Below are positions 1-9,592 of a DNA stretch of 37,133 nt, piece after piece. Source of the DNA: an uncultured Anaerolineales bacterium (GTDB lineage Bacteria; Chloroflexota; Anaerolineae; Anaerolineales; UBA11579). The translations under genes and the position numbers were made by a program. Below the pieces are notes generated by a model, which ran no database searches, was not told where the DNA came from, and worked only from the letters and a program-made list of their open reading frames with translations. The stretch covers positions 1 through 37,133 of the forward strand of contig CBDUUP010000003.1 in NCBI GenBank assembly GCA_965370435.1. The letters are read 5' to 3'. Position 1 is the stretch's first letter. Every line of letters starts with the position of its first letter.

Positions 1-54
1 GGAAAAGTTATTATCTTATGGAAGCGGAGCACTTGCTAAGAATGATAAAATCTT

Positions 55-1215
55 ATGAAAAAGAAATCTTATCATCTACTCCGTGTTGCCTTGCTGATGT
101 TGGCTTTCTTGGCTTGCGACCTGGTTTCCGAAGCTGATCTGCCGGAGGAAAACACCCCTCGTTCATCCGCGGCCGCCACACCCCTTTCCACGGCGGCTAT
201 CACACCTACCGGCGCGCCAGTTTCCACCTATGATGGTGTAATTGAAGGCGACACGTACTACGTTTCGACTCAGGGGGACGACGATGAGGAGGGCGACACC
301 CCCGGAACGGCTCTTGCCACCCTTGAGTATGCCCTGGAAATCGTCCAGCCCGGGGATGCTATTTTTATACTCCCAGGAGTCTATAACGAAACTCTGGAAG
401 TATACGACCTGGGCAGCGCACAAGCGCCGATCACGATACGCGGCGAGGGCGCAGGAGTGGTCCTAGATGGTCAGAGAGAGCATGCCCTGGGGTTCTGGTG
501 TGAAGGCTGCACCAATATAATTTTCGATAACCTGGAAATCCGTAATTACAGCGACGTGGGTCTGACCGCCTATTTGAGTTCCAACATTGTGATGCGCAAC
601 ATCTCTGTTCACCACAATGGCTTTGAGGTTCAGTTGGTGGATTGGGAATTGGAGGGCTATGGCATTCTGGTGGATGTCTCTGAGCAGATCACCGTCGAAG
701 ACTGCGAAGCGTATCATAACGGCCCCGATCCGAAGCCGTTTGGCATGTTGGGGATGGGCATCAATTTGTATGAATGCACCGATTGCGTCGTCCGCAATAA
801 CCTGGCTTATGACAATATCGGCGGCGGCATTCTGGTAGAGGACAGCGTCAATGTGCTGGTGGAGGACAACGAAGTCACCGACAATTACCTGGACGCTACG
901 GAAGACGAGTGGTGGGATGGCGGCCTCTGGCTGGATGGCGGGCATGATGTCCTAGTGCGGAACAATCTTTTCAAGGGAAATATTGGGCCGGGTATACAGG
1001 TCAGCAATGAAGATAATCAGGAGCCGTATGGGTATGTGCTGGAGAACAATATCAGCACGGAGAATATTATCGGGATCTACATCTGGAATTTCGGAACCAG
1101 AGGATTCCCCTCGGAGGACATTCTTCTGATGATTGATAACCAAATCTTCGGGAATACCGATATGGATTTCTATATCGTCCCCTGGGAATGTCCGCCGGAT
1201 GACCCTTGTGAGTGA
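55..1215 (+). CDS. Secreted lipoprotein with right-handed parallel beta-helix repeats (pectin-lyase-like fold)
   Basis: Signal peptide with lipobox FLAC and Pro/Thr/Ala linker. 'YYVSTQGDD...G...A.ATLEYALEIVQPGDAIFILPGVYNE' is a typical beta-helix cap, followed by repeated N/G-rich coils (NI.F.N..I.N, GI.V..S.NVLVE.N). Very acidic. Confidence 0.75.
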   Translation: MKKKSYHLLRVALLMLAFLACDLVSEADLPEENTPRSSAAATPLSTAAITPTGAPVSTYDGVIEGDTYYVSTQGDDDEEGDTPGTALATLEYALEIVQPGDAIFILPGVYNETLEVYDLGSAQAPITIRGEGAGVVLDGQREHALGFWCEGCTNIIFDNLEIRNYSDVGLTAYLSSNIVMRNISVHHNGFEVQLVDWELEGYGILVDVSEQITVEDCEAYHNGPDPKPFGMLGMGINLYECTDCVVRNNLAYDNIGGGILVEDSVNVLVEDNEVTDNYLDATEDEWWDGGLWLDGGHDVLVRNNLFKGNIGPGIQVSNEDNQEPYGYVLENNISTENIIGIYIWNFGTRGFPSEDILLMIDNQIFGNTDMDFYIVPWECPPDDPCE

Positions 1216-1274
1216 CTTTGTTGATGGGAATAAGACAACAGTAACTTCATTGGTGAATGTCTCTTGAAAAACCC

Positions 1275-1302
1275 TTGACAGTTTCCCGGTTTCTGGTAAT
1301 AT
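1275..1302 (+). promoter_or_regulatory. Sigma70-type promoter for the arsR-ATPase operon
   Basis: TTGACA at 1275-1280, 16-bp spacer, extended -10 TG-G-TAATAT at 1294-1302, 35 bp upstream of the ATG at 1338. Confidence 0.75.
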
Positions 1303-1327
1303 ATGAATATATACTCATATATTCATA
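1298..1327. promoter_or_regulatory. SmtB/CzrA/ZiaR-type operator inverted repeat
   Basis: AATATATGA-N8-TCATATATT (1298-1323) with core TGAA-N6-CTCA, resembling the TGAA-N6-TTCA core of alpha5 ArsR operators. It overlaps the -10 and start site. Confidence 0.8.
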
Positions 1328-1337
1328 ACAAAAAGCC

Positions 1338-1658
1338 ATGATGAATCTATCTGATATTTCCCTCCAAACATCCCTCGACGAACACGCCGCCGCCCAGGTG
1401 GCTGAACTATTCCGAGCACTGGCGGACACCAGCCGGGTGCGCATCATATCTGTCCTGGCGCAGGGGGAGATGAATGTCAGCGCCATCGCCGAGACGATTG
1501 GTTTGTCTGAATCGGCGGTGTCCCATCACCTGCGCGGCTTGCGCCAGATGCGGTTGGTGCGGCCTCGAAAAGTAGGGCGGCAGGTGTTCTACTGCCTGGA
1601 TGATGACCACATCACCGAACTCTACCGGCTAGGCCTGGACCACGTTGTGCATGGATGA
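1338..1658 (+). CDS. ArsR/SmtB-family metalloregulatory repressor, alpha5 (Zn/Co) type
   Basis: 'FRALADTSRVRII..L...E.NV..IA..IGLSESAVSHHLRGLR..RLV...KVGRQVFY.L' winged HTH. C-terminal D-x-H-x10-H-x2-H (DDHITELYRLGLDHVVH) alpha5 metal site. Confidence 0.92.
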   Translation: MMNLSDISLQTSLDEHAAAQVAELFRALADTSRVRIISVLAQGEMNVSAIAETIGLSESAVSHHLRGLRQMRLVRPRKVGRQVFYCLDDDHITELYRLGLDHVVHG

Positions 1659-1699
1659 TTTTTTAGGCCTAGATACGCACCGGTAAAAATTGAGGAAAC

Positions 1700-3820
1700 A
1701 TGAGCATCGCTGAAACTCAAGTCAAAAAATTCTATCTGAAAAATCTGGACTGCGCCGATTGCGCCGCCAAAGTTGAGCGGAGCCTCCAGGGTTTGCCGGG
1801 GGTGCGGTTTGCGGCCATCAATTTCGCCACCCTGACCCTCCACATTGACACCGATGATATGCCTGGGGCAGTTCGAAAGATCAACGACCTTGAGCCGGAG
1901 ATCGAATTGCTTTCCCGGTCGGATGATTTGGAAACGGAAATCGGCATTCACTCTCGCAGAGATCTGGCTGCCATCGTGTTGGCTACATTCTTATTCATCA
2001 TCGGTCTAATTTTTCAATCTAGTCTGCATGATACTCCGTTCAATCTAGGGGAGTACCTGGTATTCGGGAGCGCGTATTTATTAAGCGGTTGGGGGGTGCT
2101 GACTGGCGGGTTTCGAAGTATCCGGCGGGGCAAATTCTTCGGGGAGGCTTTCTTGATGACGGTGGCGACGTTGGGGGCGGTTCTCATCCACGAACTGCCT
2201 GAGGCGGTTGGCGTTATGCTGTTCTACAAAGTGGGGGAGTACGTTCAGGGGCTGTCGGTGGCCCGTTCGCGCCGCTCGATCAAGTCGCTCCTGGAAATAC
2301 GTCCCGATAGCGCTAATTTGATGATAGACAGTGAACTGCGCATAGTCGAACCCACTGCGGTGGATGTGGGCGATACCATCCTGGTCAAACCGGGTGAAAA
2401 AATCCCCCTGGACGGCGAGATTCTCACCGGAAGCTCTTTCGTGGACACTTCCTCGCTCACCGGGGAGCCGGTACCCCGCCCGGTTAAAGTGGGGGAAATG
2501 GTTCTCGCTGGGATGATAAACCAGACCGGGATGCTCACTTTGCGAGTCACCAAACGCTTTGCCGAATCCTCTATTGCCCGAATCCTTGAATTGGTCGAGA
2601 ACGCCAGCAGCCGCAAAGCCAAGACCGAGCGGTTCATCACTCGCTTTGCGAATGTGTATTCTCCGATTGTAGTGGGGGCGGCGTTGTTGGTTGCTGTGCT
2701 GCCGCCTTTGTTTATCCCCGGCGCGGCCTTTGGAGATTGGATCTACCGCGCGTTGGTATTGCTGGTGATCTCCTGCCCCTGCGCCTTGATGATCAGCATT
2801 CCTCTGGGATATTTCGGCGGTGTGGGCGGCGCTTCACGGCGCGGCATCTTGGTGAAAGGGGCTAATTTCCTGGATGCTCTGGCGGAAGTCAAGACGGTTG
2901 TTTTTGATAAGACCGGCACCCTGACCCGCGGCGTTTTCAAGGTCACTGAAATTGTCTCCCATAACGGGTTTAGCGATGAAGAATTTCTGCGCCTCGCCGC
3001 CCAGGCCGAATCCCAATCCTCTCACCCTATCGCACAATCCATCCGCATTTCCTATGGCGATCACAATCCTACGGTCGCCCTGGAAAGTTATCAGGAAGTT
3101 GCCGGTTTCGGGGTGAAAGCGAAAACTAATGAACAAGTAATCATCGTGGGAAGCGATGCTTTGCTCCACCAAGAGAAAGTTCCCCACGTTGAAGAAGTTT
3201 GCGACGTAGAAGGCACTGTCGTTCATATGGCCCTGGATGGCGTGTATGCCGGGTATTTGGTGGTGTCAGATGAGTTGAAAAGAGACGCCGTTCAGGCTGT
3301 CTCTGCGCTTCGAGAGGTTGGCGTAAGGCAGATCATCATCCTGACCGGCGATCAGGAAACTGCCGCGGAGGCGATTGCTCAACGCCTGGGCGTGGACGAA
3401 TACCGCGCTGAACTACTCCCGGAGGATAAAGTACGTGAATTGGAAGAGATCATGCAATCCAACCAGGAGAGGGGCCGGATCGCCTACGTGGGCGACGGCA
3501 TCAATGACGCGCCGGTTATCGCCCGGGCCGATGTAGGCATTGCGATGGGCGCGCTGGGGGCGGACGCGGCCATTGAAACTGCCGACGTCGTCATCATGAC
3601 CGACGCGCCTTCCAAGATCGCCGAGGCCATTCAGGTGGGCCGTTTCACCCGCCGAGTGGTCTGGCAGAACATCATTCTAGCGCTGGCCGTCAAGCTAGTC
3701 TTCATTGGTCTGGGTGTAGTCGGGCTTGCCAGTATGTGGGCGGCTGTTTTCGCTGATGTTGGCGTCACTGTCCTAGCCGTCTTCAACGCGGCTCGCGTAA
3801 TCACCGGGGGAGATAGGTAG
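1700..3820 (+). CDS. cadA: Heavy-metal-translocating P1B-type ATPase (Zn/Cd/Pb, CadA/ZntA-like)
   Basis: N-terminal HMA LDCADC, TGEP, CPC, DKTGT, HP and GDGINDAP motifs. Lys in TM7 (LAVK) and DVG in TM8 indicate the P1B-2 subgroup. GAGG SD upstream. Confidence 0.93.
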   Translation: MSIAETQVKKFYLKNLDCADCAAKVERSLQGLPGVRFAAINFATLTLHIDTDDMPGAVRKINDLEPEIELLSRSDDLETEIGIHSRRDLAAIVLATFLFIIGLIFQSSLHDTPFNLGEYLVFGSAYLLSGWGVLTGGFRSIRRGKFFGEAFLMTVATLGAVLIHELPEAVGVMLFYKVGEYVQGLSVARSRRSIKSLLEIRPDSANLMIDSELRIVEPTAVDVGDTILVKPGEKIPLDGEILTGSSFVDTSSLTGEPVPRPVKVGEMVLAGMINQTGMLTLRVTKRFAESSIARILELVENASSRKAKTERFITRFANVYSPIVVGAALLVAVLPPLFIPGAAFGDWIYRALVLLVISCPCALMISIPLGYFGGVGGASRRGILVKGANFLDALAEVKTVVFDKTGTLTRGVFKVTEIVSHNGFSDEEFLRLAAQAESQSSHPIAQSIRISYGDHNPTVALESYQEVAGFGVKAKTNEQVIIVGSDALLHQEKVPHVEEVCDVEGTVVHMALDGVYAGYLVVSDELKRDAVQAVSALREVGVRQIIILTGDQETAAEAIAQRLGVDEYRAELLPEDKVRELEEIMQSNQERGRIAYVGDGINDAPVIARADVGIAMGALGADAAIETADVVIMTDAPSKIAEAIQVGRFTRRVVWQNIILALAVKLVFIGLGVVGLASMWAAVFADVGVTVLAVFNAARVITGGDR

Positions 3821-3866
3821 CAGCTTAGTTTTTCCTGTTCCCACTTGGCAATTAAATCCAGAACAA

Positions 3867-3900
3867 TTTCAGAAGATGGCGTTCACCCATCATTCTGAAA
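3867..3900. other. Imperfect inverted repeat between the ATPase and tkt (terminator or operator)
   Basis: TTTCAGAAGATGG-cgttcac-CCATC(a)TTCTGAAA, just upstream of TAAAAT at 3906-3911. Confidence 0.45.
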
Positions 3901-3945
3901 CGCGGTAAAATTGGCGGGTATTATTTTGATTTGGAGAACCCAACT

Positions 3946-5958
3946 ATGCCTTTGTCGCTAGACCTTCAAAGCAGCGCCATCAACACCATCCGTTTTCTCG
4001 CCGCCGATGCAATCCAAAAAGCAAACTCCGGCCACCCCGGTTTGCCTATGGGCGCCGCGGCGATGGCCTACGCCGTATGGACCCGCCACCTGCGCCACAA
4101 TCCGATAAACCCTGCTTGGCCGGGCCGGGACCGTTTCATCCTCTCCGGCGGGCATGGTTCCATGCTGCTTTACGCGCTGCTCCATCTCACCGGTTACGAC
4201 CTTTCCCTGGACGAGATCAAGAACTTCCGCCAGTGGGGAAGCAAAACGCCGGGCCACCCCGAATACGGCTTCACCCCCGGCGTGGAGACCACCACCGGGC
4301 CTTTAGGCCAGGGTTTCGCCAACGGCGTGGGCATGGCGATTGCCGAAGCGCATCTGGCTGCCCGCTTCAATCTCGCCGACCATGAAGTGGTCAACCACTA
4401 CGTTTACGCCATTGTCACCGATGGCGACTTGATGGAGGGTGTAACTGCTGAGGCGGCCTCCCTGGCCGGGCATCTCAAGTTGGGCAAGTTGATCTACCTA
4501 TACGATGACAACCGCATTTCGATTGACGGCAGCACCGATATCGCCTTCACCGAAGACCGCGGGGCGCGCTTTGAGGCCTATGGCTGGCAGGTTCTCTATG
4601 TGGAAGACGGCAACGACGTGGATGCAGTAGACGCCGCCATCCAGGAGGCCAAGGCCGATCCGCGGCCTTCGCTGCTCGTCTGCCGCACCTATATCGGATT
4701 CGGCATGCCCAACAAGCAAGATACCGCCCAGGCCCACGGCGAACCGCCCGGCGAAGCGGAACTGGAAGCCGCCAAATATAACCTGGGTTGGCCGCTGGAG
4801 CCGCGCTTTCATATCCCTGATGACGTTCTGTCGCATTTCCGGGAATCGGTGGAGAAAGGCGACCAGGCCGAGACGGAATGGCGCAACAAAATGGACGCCT
4901 ACCGTGAGGCCCAACCGGAATTGGCTGCCGAACTCGAACGGACGCTCTCAGGAGTATTACCCCAGGGCTGGTTCGAGGATTTGCCTGAATTTCCGGCTGA
5001 TGAAAAGGGCATGGCGACCCGCGCCGCTTCCGGCAAAACTCTCAATGTTTTGGCCGAACGCCTGCCCGAACTGATGGGCGGTTCTGCAGACCTTGCTCCC
5101 TCCAACAAGACCTGGATCGAGGGCAGCCCCGCTTTTCAAGCCGGTTCCTACGAAGGCCGCAATTTCCATTTCGGGGTTCGGGAACACGGCATGGGCGCAA
5201 TCATCAATGGCATGGCCTTGCATGGCGGAGTGATCCCTTATGGCGGCACCTTCCTGGTTTTCTCGGATTATTTGCGACCTGCCCTGCGGGTGGCCGCGTT
5301 CTCGCACGTTCCCAGTATCTGGATTTTTACCCACGACAGCATCGGCGTGGGGGAGGACGGCCCCACCCACCAACCGGTGGAGCATCTTGCCGCCATGCGC
5401 GCTATCCCTAATTTGATCGTCTTGCGTCCTGGCGATGCTAACGAAGTTGTCGAGGCCTGGAAGCTGGCCGTGGAACGCCGGGATGGGCCGACCGCCCTCA
5501 TTCTCACTCGCCAGTCTGTCCCCACTCTCGACCGGAAGGTTTTCTCCTCCGCAGCCGGTTTGCGGGGCGGCGCGTACGTGCTGGCCGACCTGGGCGAAGG
5601 CGAGCCGGACATGATCCTCATGGCCTCTGGCTCGGAAGTTGGCTTGATCGTGGAAGCCGGGCTTCGCCTGGCTGTGGAAGGATTCAACCTCCGCCTGGTG
5701 TCATTCCCCAGTTGGGAGTTGTTCACCGCCCAAGACCAGCGTTATCAAGATTCAGTCCTCCCGCGCAATATCACCGCCCGGCTGGCCGTGGAGATGGGGA
5801 TATCGATGGGTTGGGAACGTTGGGTGGGGTCGCAAGGCGCCATCCTCGCCCAAGACCGCTACGGCGCATCCGCCCCCGCTAACGTCTTGTTAGAAAAATT
5901 CGGCTTCACCGTCGAAAACGTGGTTGAGAAAGCGCTTTCGACCAGGAGCGATGAATAA
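3946..5958 (+). CDS. tkt: Transketolase
   Basis: [31 protein letters not shown], ThDP motif TDGDLMEG...[27 protein letters not shown]. Start set at ATG 3946 because GGAG lies at 3933-3936; the track begins at TTG 3931. Confidence 0.97.
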   Translation: MPLSLDLQSSAINTIRFLAADAIQKANSGHPGLPMGAAAMAYAVWTRHLRHNPINPAWPGRDRFILSGGHGSMLLYALLHLTGYDLSLDEIKNFRQWGSKTPGHPEYGFTPGVETTTGPLGQGFANGVGMAIAEAHLAARFNLADHEVVNHYVYAIVTDGDLMEGVTAEAASLAGHLKLGKLIYLYDDNRISIDGSTDIAFTEDRGARFEAYGWQVLYVEDGNDVDAVDAAIQEAKADPRPSLLVCRTYIGFGMPNKQDTAQAHGEPPGEAELEAAKYNLGWPLEPRFHIPDDVLSHFRESVEKGDQAETEWRNKMDAYREAQPELAAELERTLSGVLPQGWFEDLPEFPADEKGMATRAASGKTLNVLAERLPELMGGSADLAPSNKTWIEGSPAFQAGSYEGRNFHFGVREHGMGAIINGMALHGGVIPYGGTFLVFSDYLRPALRVAAFSHVPSIWIFTHDSIGVGEDGPTHQPVEHLAAMRAIPNLIVLRPGDANEVVEAWKLAVERRDGPTALILTRQSVPTLDRKVFSSAAGLRGGAYVLADLGEGEPDMILMASGSEVGLIVEAGLRLAVEGFNLRLVSFPSWELFTAQDQRYQDSVLPRNITARLAVEMGISMGWERWVGSQGAILAQDRYGASAPANVLLEKFGFTVENVVEKALSTRSDE

Positions 5959-5979
5959 CATCGCCCTTTGGCATCCTAT

Positions 5980-6846
5980 ATGATAGACATGGACTTCACC
6001 GCCCGCGTAGTTTTTGGGGATAATCTGCCTGTTCTCCGTCAGATACCCGACGGAGCGGTGGACTTTATCTACATTGACCCGCCTTTCAACACGGGCAAGG
6101 TTCAAGCCCGCGCCCAACTGCGCACCGAGCGCAGCGAGGACGGCGACCGCACTGGATTCAAGGGCCAGCGTTATCGCACTACCAAACTCGGGGAAAAATC
6201 TTTCGCCGACCAGTTCGACGATTACCTGGCGTTTCTGGAGCCTCGCTTGATCGAAGCCCATCGCGTTCTTTCACCGACAGGCTCAATATATTTCCACATT
6301 GACTACCGGGAAGTCCATTATTGCAAGATACTGCTCGATCAGATATTTGGACGGGAATGTTTCTTGAACGAGATCATCTGGGCCTATGACTATGGCGGGA
6401 GGGCCAAGAACCGCTGGCCCGCCAAGCACGATAATATCCTGGTGTACGTCAAGGACCCCAAGAACTACACCTTCAACACCGACGACATTGACCGCATCCC
6501 CTACATGGCCCCTGGATTGGTGGGTAAAGAGAAAGCCGCCCGCGGGAAGCTGCCTACCGATACCTGGTGGCACACCATCGTCAGCCCCACCGGCAAGGAG
6601 AAAACCGGATACCCGACCCAGAAACCGCTCGGCGTCCTCCGGCGCATACTAGCTGCGTCGTCCAGTCCCGATGACTTGGTACTCGATTTCTTCGCCGGAA
6701 GCGGCACTACGGGCGTCGCCGCCCTGGAGTTGGGCCGCCGCTTCTTGCTCATAGACAATAACCCCGAAGCCATCGCGGTGATGCGAGACCGGTTTGAGGG
6801 GCATCCGGTTGAATTCATTGACCATAGTGGAGACCAGAAAGAATGA
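5980..6846 (+). CDS. Orphan site-specific DNA methyltransferase (N6-A/N4-C, beta class)
   Basis: Catalytic DPPF near the N-terminus, YPTQKP, and SAM-binding DFFAGSGTTG near the C-terminus (beta motif order). Start uncertain (5968, 5980 or 5989). Confidence 0.9.
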   Translation: MIDMDFTARVVFGDNLPVLRQIPDGAVDFIYIDPPFNTGKVQARAQLRTERSEDGDRTGFKGQRYRTTKLGEKSFADQFDDYLAFLEPRLIEAHRVLSPTGSIYFHIDYREVHYCKILLDQIFGRECFLNEIIWAYDYGGRAKNRWPAKHDNILVYVKDPKNYTFNTDDIDRIPYMAPGLVGKEKAARGKLPTDTWWHTIVSPTGKEKTGYPTQKPLGVLRRILAASSSPDDLVLDFFAGSGTTGVAALELGRRFLLIDNNPEAIAVMRDRFEGHPVEFIDHSGDQKE

Positions 6847-7952
6847 CCCATCCCATCCAAGAAATTCACGCCCTCGGCCAATCCATCTGGTACGACAACA
6901 TTCAACGCCGCCTGCTGGAAAATGGCGAAATGGCGGCCATGATCGAACGCGGCGAGATACGCGGAGTGACCTCCAATCCCAGCATCTTCAATAACGCCAT
7001 CGCCAAATCGAACGATTACGACGCCGCTCTGATCCCGCTGGCGGCGCAAGGCCTGGATGCCAAAGAGATCTACGAGCAGCTTGCCATCGCCGACATCCGC
7101 GCCGCCGCCGACCTTTTTGCCTCTCTTTACGAAGAAACCGGAGGCGGTGACGGGTACGTCAGTTTGGAGGTCAGCCCCTATTTGGCCCATGACACCGAGG
7201 CGACCTGCGCCGAGGCCCAACGCCTTTGGGATCTCGTAGATCGCCCCAACCTCATGGTCAAGATTCCCGCCACCCCCGAAGGACTCCCCGCCGTCGAGAG
7301 CGCCATTGCGGCCGGTATCAACGTGAACGTGACCTTGATCTTCTCCAACACCCGCTACGGGGAGGTGATGGAAGCGTACTTGTCGGGCCTGGAAAAGCGT
7401 CTAGATGCAGGAGAGCCGGTGGACCATGTCGCCTCGGTGGCGTCCTTCTTCGTCTCTCGGATCGACACCAAAGTGGACGGCTGGTTGAATGAAGTCGCTG
7501 GTTCGCATGCCGAACTCGCCCGGTCGCTGCGGGGCAAGATCGCCATCGCCAATGCCAAGGCAGCATACGCGAACTTCAAGGAGGTATTTGGCAGTGAGCG
7601 ATTTACTTCTCTGAAGACCCGGGGAGCGCGTCTTCAACGCCCGCTCTGGGCTTCCACCAGTACGAAGAATTCGGACTATTCGGAAGTGCTCTACATAGAA
7701 GAACTGATTGGCCCTGATACCGTCAACACAGTGCCGCCTAAAACCCTCGAAGCCTTCAAAGATCATGGCGCTGCCCGCCGTTCGGTTGACGCCGATTTGT
7801 ACATAGCCCAAAAACACCTGCAAGACCTGGCCTTCCTGGGCCTCTCCCTCGACCAGGCCACCCAAGAACTAGAACAGGAAGGCGTCGCTGCCTTTGCCGC
7901 CGCCTTCACCGCCCTCTTGGAGGCCATAGAAACCCGCCGCGCCAACACTTGA
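6843..7952 (+). CDS. tal: Transaldolase
   Basis: GQSIWYD, GVTSNPSIF, VSLEV, Schiff-base Lys in MVKIP, NVTLIFS, ASFFVSR, RPLWAST. ATGA overlap with the MTase stop. Confidence 0.96.
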   Translation: MTHPIQEIHALGQSIWYDNIQRRLLENGEMAAMIERGEIRGVTSNPSIFNNAIAKSNDYDAALIPLAAQGLDAKEIYEQLAIADIRAAADLFASLYEETGGGDGYVSLEVSPYLAHDTEATCAEAQRLWDLVDRPNLMVKIPATPEGLPAVESAIAAGINVNVTLIFSNTRYGEVMEAYLSGLEKRLDAGEPVDHVASVASFFVSRIDTKVDGWLNEVAGSHAELARSLRGKIAIANAKAAYANFKEVFGSERFTSLKTRGARLQRPLWASTSTKNSDYSEVLYIEELIGPDTVNTVPPKTLEAFKDHGAARRSVDADLYIAQKHLQDLAFLGLSLDQATQELEQEGVAAFAAAFTALLEAIETRRANT

Positions 7953-8020
7953 GTACGCCCCATAGCTCAATAATATGGTCAACAGCATTCCCATTAACAT
8001 TACAAAGAAAAGCAAAAAAA

Positions 8021-8047
8021 CTCTGCGCTCTTTGTGTCTCTGTGGTG
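8021..8047. repeat. Half copy of an 8/9-nt-unit repeat element (CTCTGCGCT-CTTTGTGT-CTCTGTGGTG)
   Basis: Similar unit periodicity and the same GTGGTG end as the right arm of the element at 28550-28619. Confidence 0.5.
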
Positions 8048-8159
8048 ATAGGTTTTTAATTTTTTAAGATTGCCACCACAAAGATAGTGTATAATATCCC
8101 GACCTGGGGCCAATGCTGCGATCACTGACGTAACAATTAACTATCTTTCGAGAACTGCT

Positions 8160-8834
8160 TTGACCACACACACCCAACCGACCCTTTTTGTCCTTGAAGA
8201 AACCGCCTCGACGCAGGCCGTCGAACTCTTTCCGGGTGTTTGGACTGCGGCCGAGGCCTTGGTTGCGCCGGATGCGCCGGTGCGCCACGCCGCCCTGGAT
8301 AACCTGATTGACCTGGGCGCTTCCCGAATATCTCCATTGATCGCATATCTTCTGGTCACCCGCCTCGCTGAACCCGATATCTCTTTGAGGAAACGGATCA
8401 TAAAGACCCTGGCCGATGTCTTGACTTTTGATTTGGAGGGAAACCCTGCGCCCGATGAGGTCCGCCAATATCTTTATACCCATCTCTCTCAAATGCGCCG
8501 CCGACAGATATATGCCATATTGCAAGTCGCCGCAGAGGAAATTGACCTGCGTCCCTCGGTCGCGCGTTTGTTGAGCGCATGTTCTTATGCCGGGGATACC
8601 CTGATAGATATTCTGGGAGACCGCAAAGCGCCGCTTTCTGTTCGCCAGCAAGCAGTATACTTCATTGGCGAGGTCGGCTTCCTGGATGCCGTCTCATTTT
8701 TAGAGCGCCTCGCCAATCGCCTGGACAGCCGCATCAACGGGCAGAAAAGCATGTCATTCGCGCCCGCCCTGGCCGCTGTTGACGCCGCGTTGCTCCCTGA
8801 CATCAAAGATGCCCTGAAATTATTGAGCGCTTAA
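8160..8834 (+). CDS. Hypothetical alpha-helical protein with HEAT-like repeats
   Basis: Repeated 'L..PD..VR.AA...L', 'L.EPD..LRKRIIKTL' and 'LSVRQQAVYFIGE' units. TTG start; TATAAT at 8090-8095 upstream. Confidence 0.65.
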   Translation: MTTHTQPTLFVLEETASTQAVELFPGVWTAAEALVAPDAPVRHAALDNLIDLGASRISPLIAYLLVTRLAEPDISLRKRIIKTLADVLTFDLEGNPAPDEVRQYLYTHLSQMRRRQIYAILQVAAEEIDLRPSVARLLSACSYAGDTLIDILGDRKAPLSVRQQAVYFIGEVGFLDAVSFLERLANRLDSRINGQKSMSFAPALAAVDAALLPDIKDALKLLSA

Positions 8835-8855
8835 TTTTTCTCAGAGGTTAAATAG

Positions 8856-8889
8856 ATCGCGCCGTCTTAGCAATCAAAGACGGCGCGAT
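8856..8889. terminator. Stem-loop between convergent genes (terminator or REP-like)
   Basis: Perfect 13-bp stem ATCGCGCCGTCTT/AAGACGGCGCGAT with an 8-nt loop. No clear U-tract. Confidence 0.55.
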
Positions 8890-8927
8890 AGTATTTATAG
8901 AGTCAGTTTAGTCTGTTGAATTTGGGT

Positions 8928-9512
8928 CTATAATTTTTGTTTACAATTCGGACAGACTGTTTCATCCCCAGTGATGACGAAACCGCAGTAGGGGCAGGTG
9001 TCCGGTTGGACGCTGCCCAGCGGCGCGCCGCAGGCGATACAGCTTGGTTCACCCACCGGGTTCGGCACGTTGCAGTATTCGCAGACCAACCGCCGAAGCC
9101 GCTCCGAGAGCTGGAACGATGCGCCCGCAGCCTGCGCCGCAGCCTCGATCACTTCCCATAGCTGTTCGGTGATTTGCAGGTTTTCAATGTCCTGGGCGAT
9201 GTCATCCAGGCGGCCGATCAAACTGAGAGGATTGCGGAGCGCTGAAAGCGCGGTTTGGCCCAGGCTGGCCGCGATGCCCATCCAGGCTTGATTCCCAACC
9301 TGCACCGAGACGCCGTCCTCCACCGCTTGCAGCGTGGCGCTGAGCGCGGTTTGACCGCCGGAGTCTGGGTGTTGGCGGGTGGCGACCTGGACGACGATTT
9401 GATCGCCCTGGCCGATTTTCTGGGCGCGCAAGTTGCCCCGGTCGAAATGCCCGATCAGGGCGTTGGCGATGTCGGATGGCTTCAAGTTCCCGTGAAATGT
9501 TCTGGTCTTCAT
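8928..9512 (-). CDS. Double zinc-ribbon domain protein
   Basis: Four C-terminal CxxC pairs (CEYC, CIAC, CPYC, CPNC) after an unassigned N-terminal domain of about 140 aa. Confidence 0.8.
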   Translation of the reverse strand: MKTRTFHGNLKPSDIANALIGHFDRGNLRAQKIGQGDQIVVQVATRQHPDSGGQTALSATLQAVEDGVSVQVGNQAWMGIAASLGQTALSALRNPLSLIGRLDDIAQDIENLQITEQLWEVIEAAAQAAGASFQLSERLRRLVCEYCNVPNPVGEPSCIACGAPLGSVQPDTCPYCGFVITGDETVCPNCKQKL

Positions 9513-9592
9513 AGCAAGATAGATTATAATCGGTAAATGCGAAAGGTGAGCGTCGAATCCTAGCCTTCCAGACTATCAGAGAGTAGCATCCT

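Noticed and set aside
5980-6846. Complete restriction-modification system or prophage
   Set aside because: No endonuclease, specificity subunit, integrase or phage genes are in the window.
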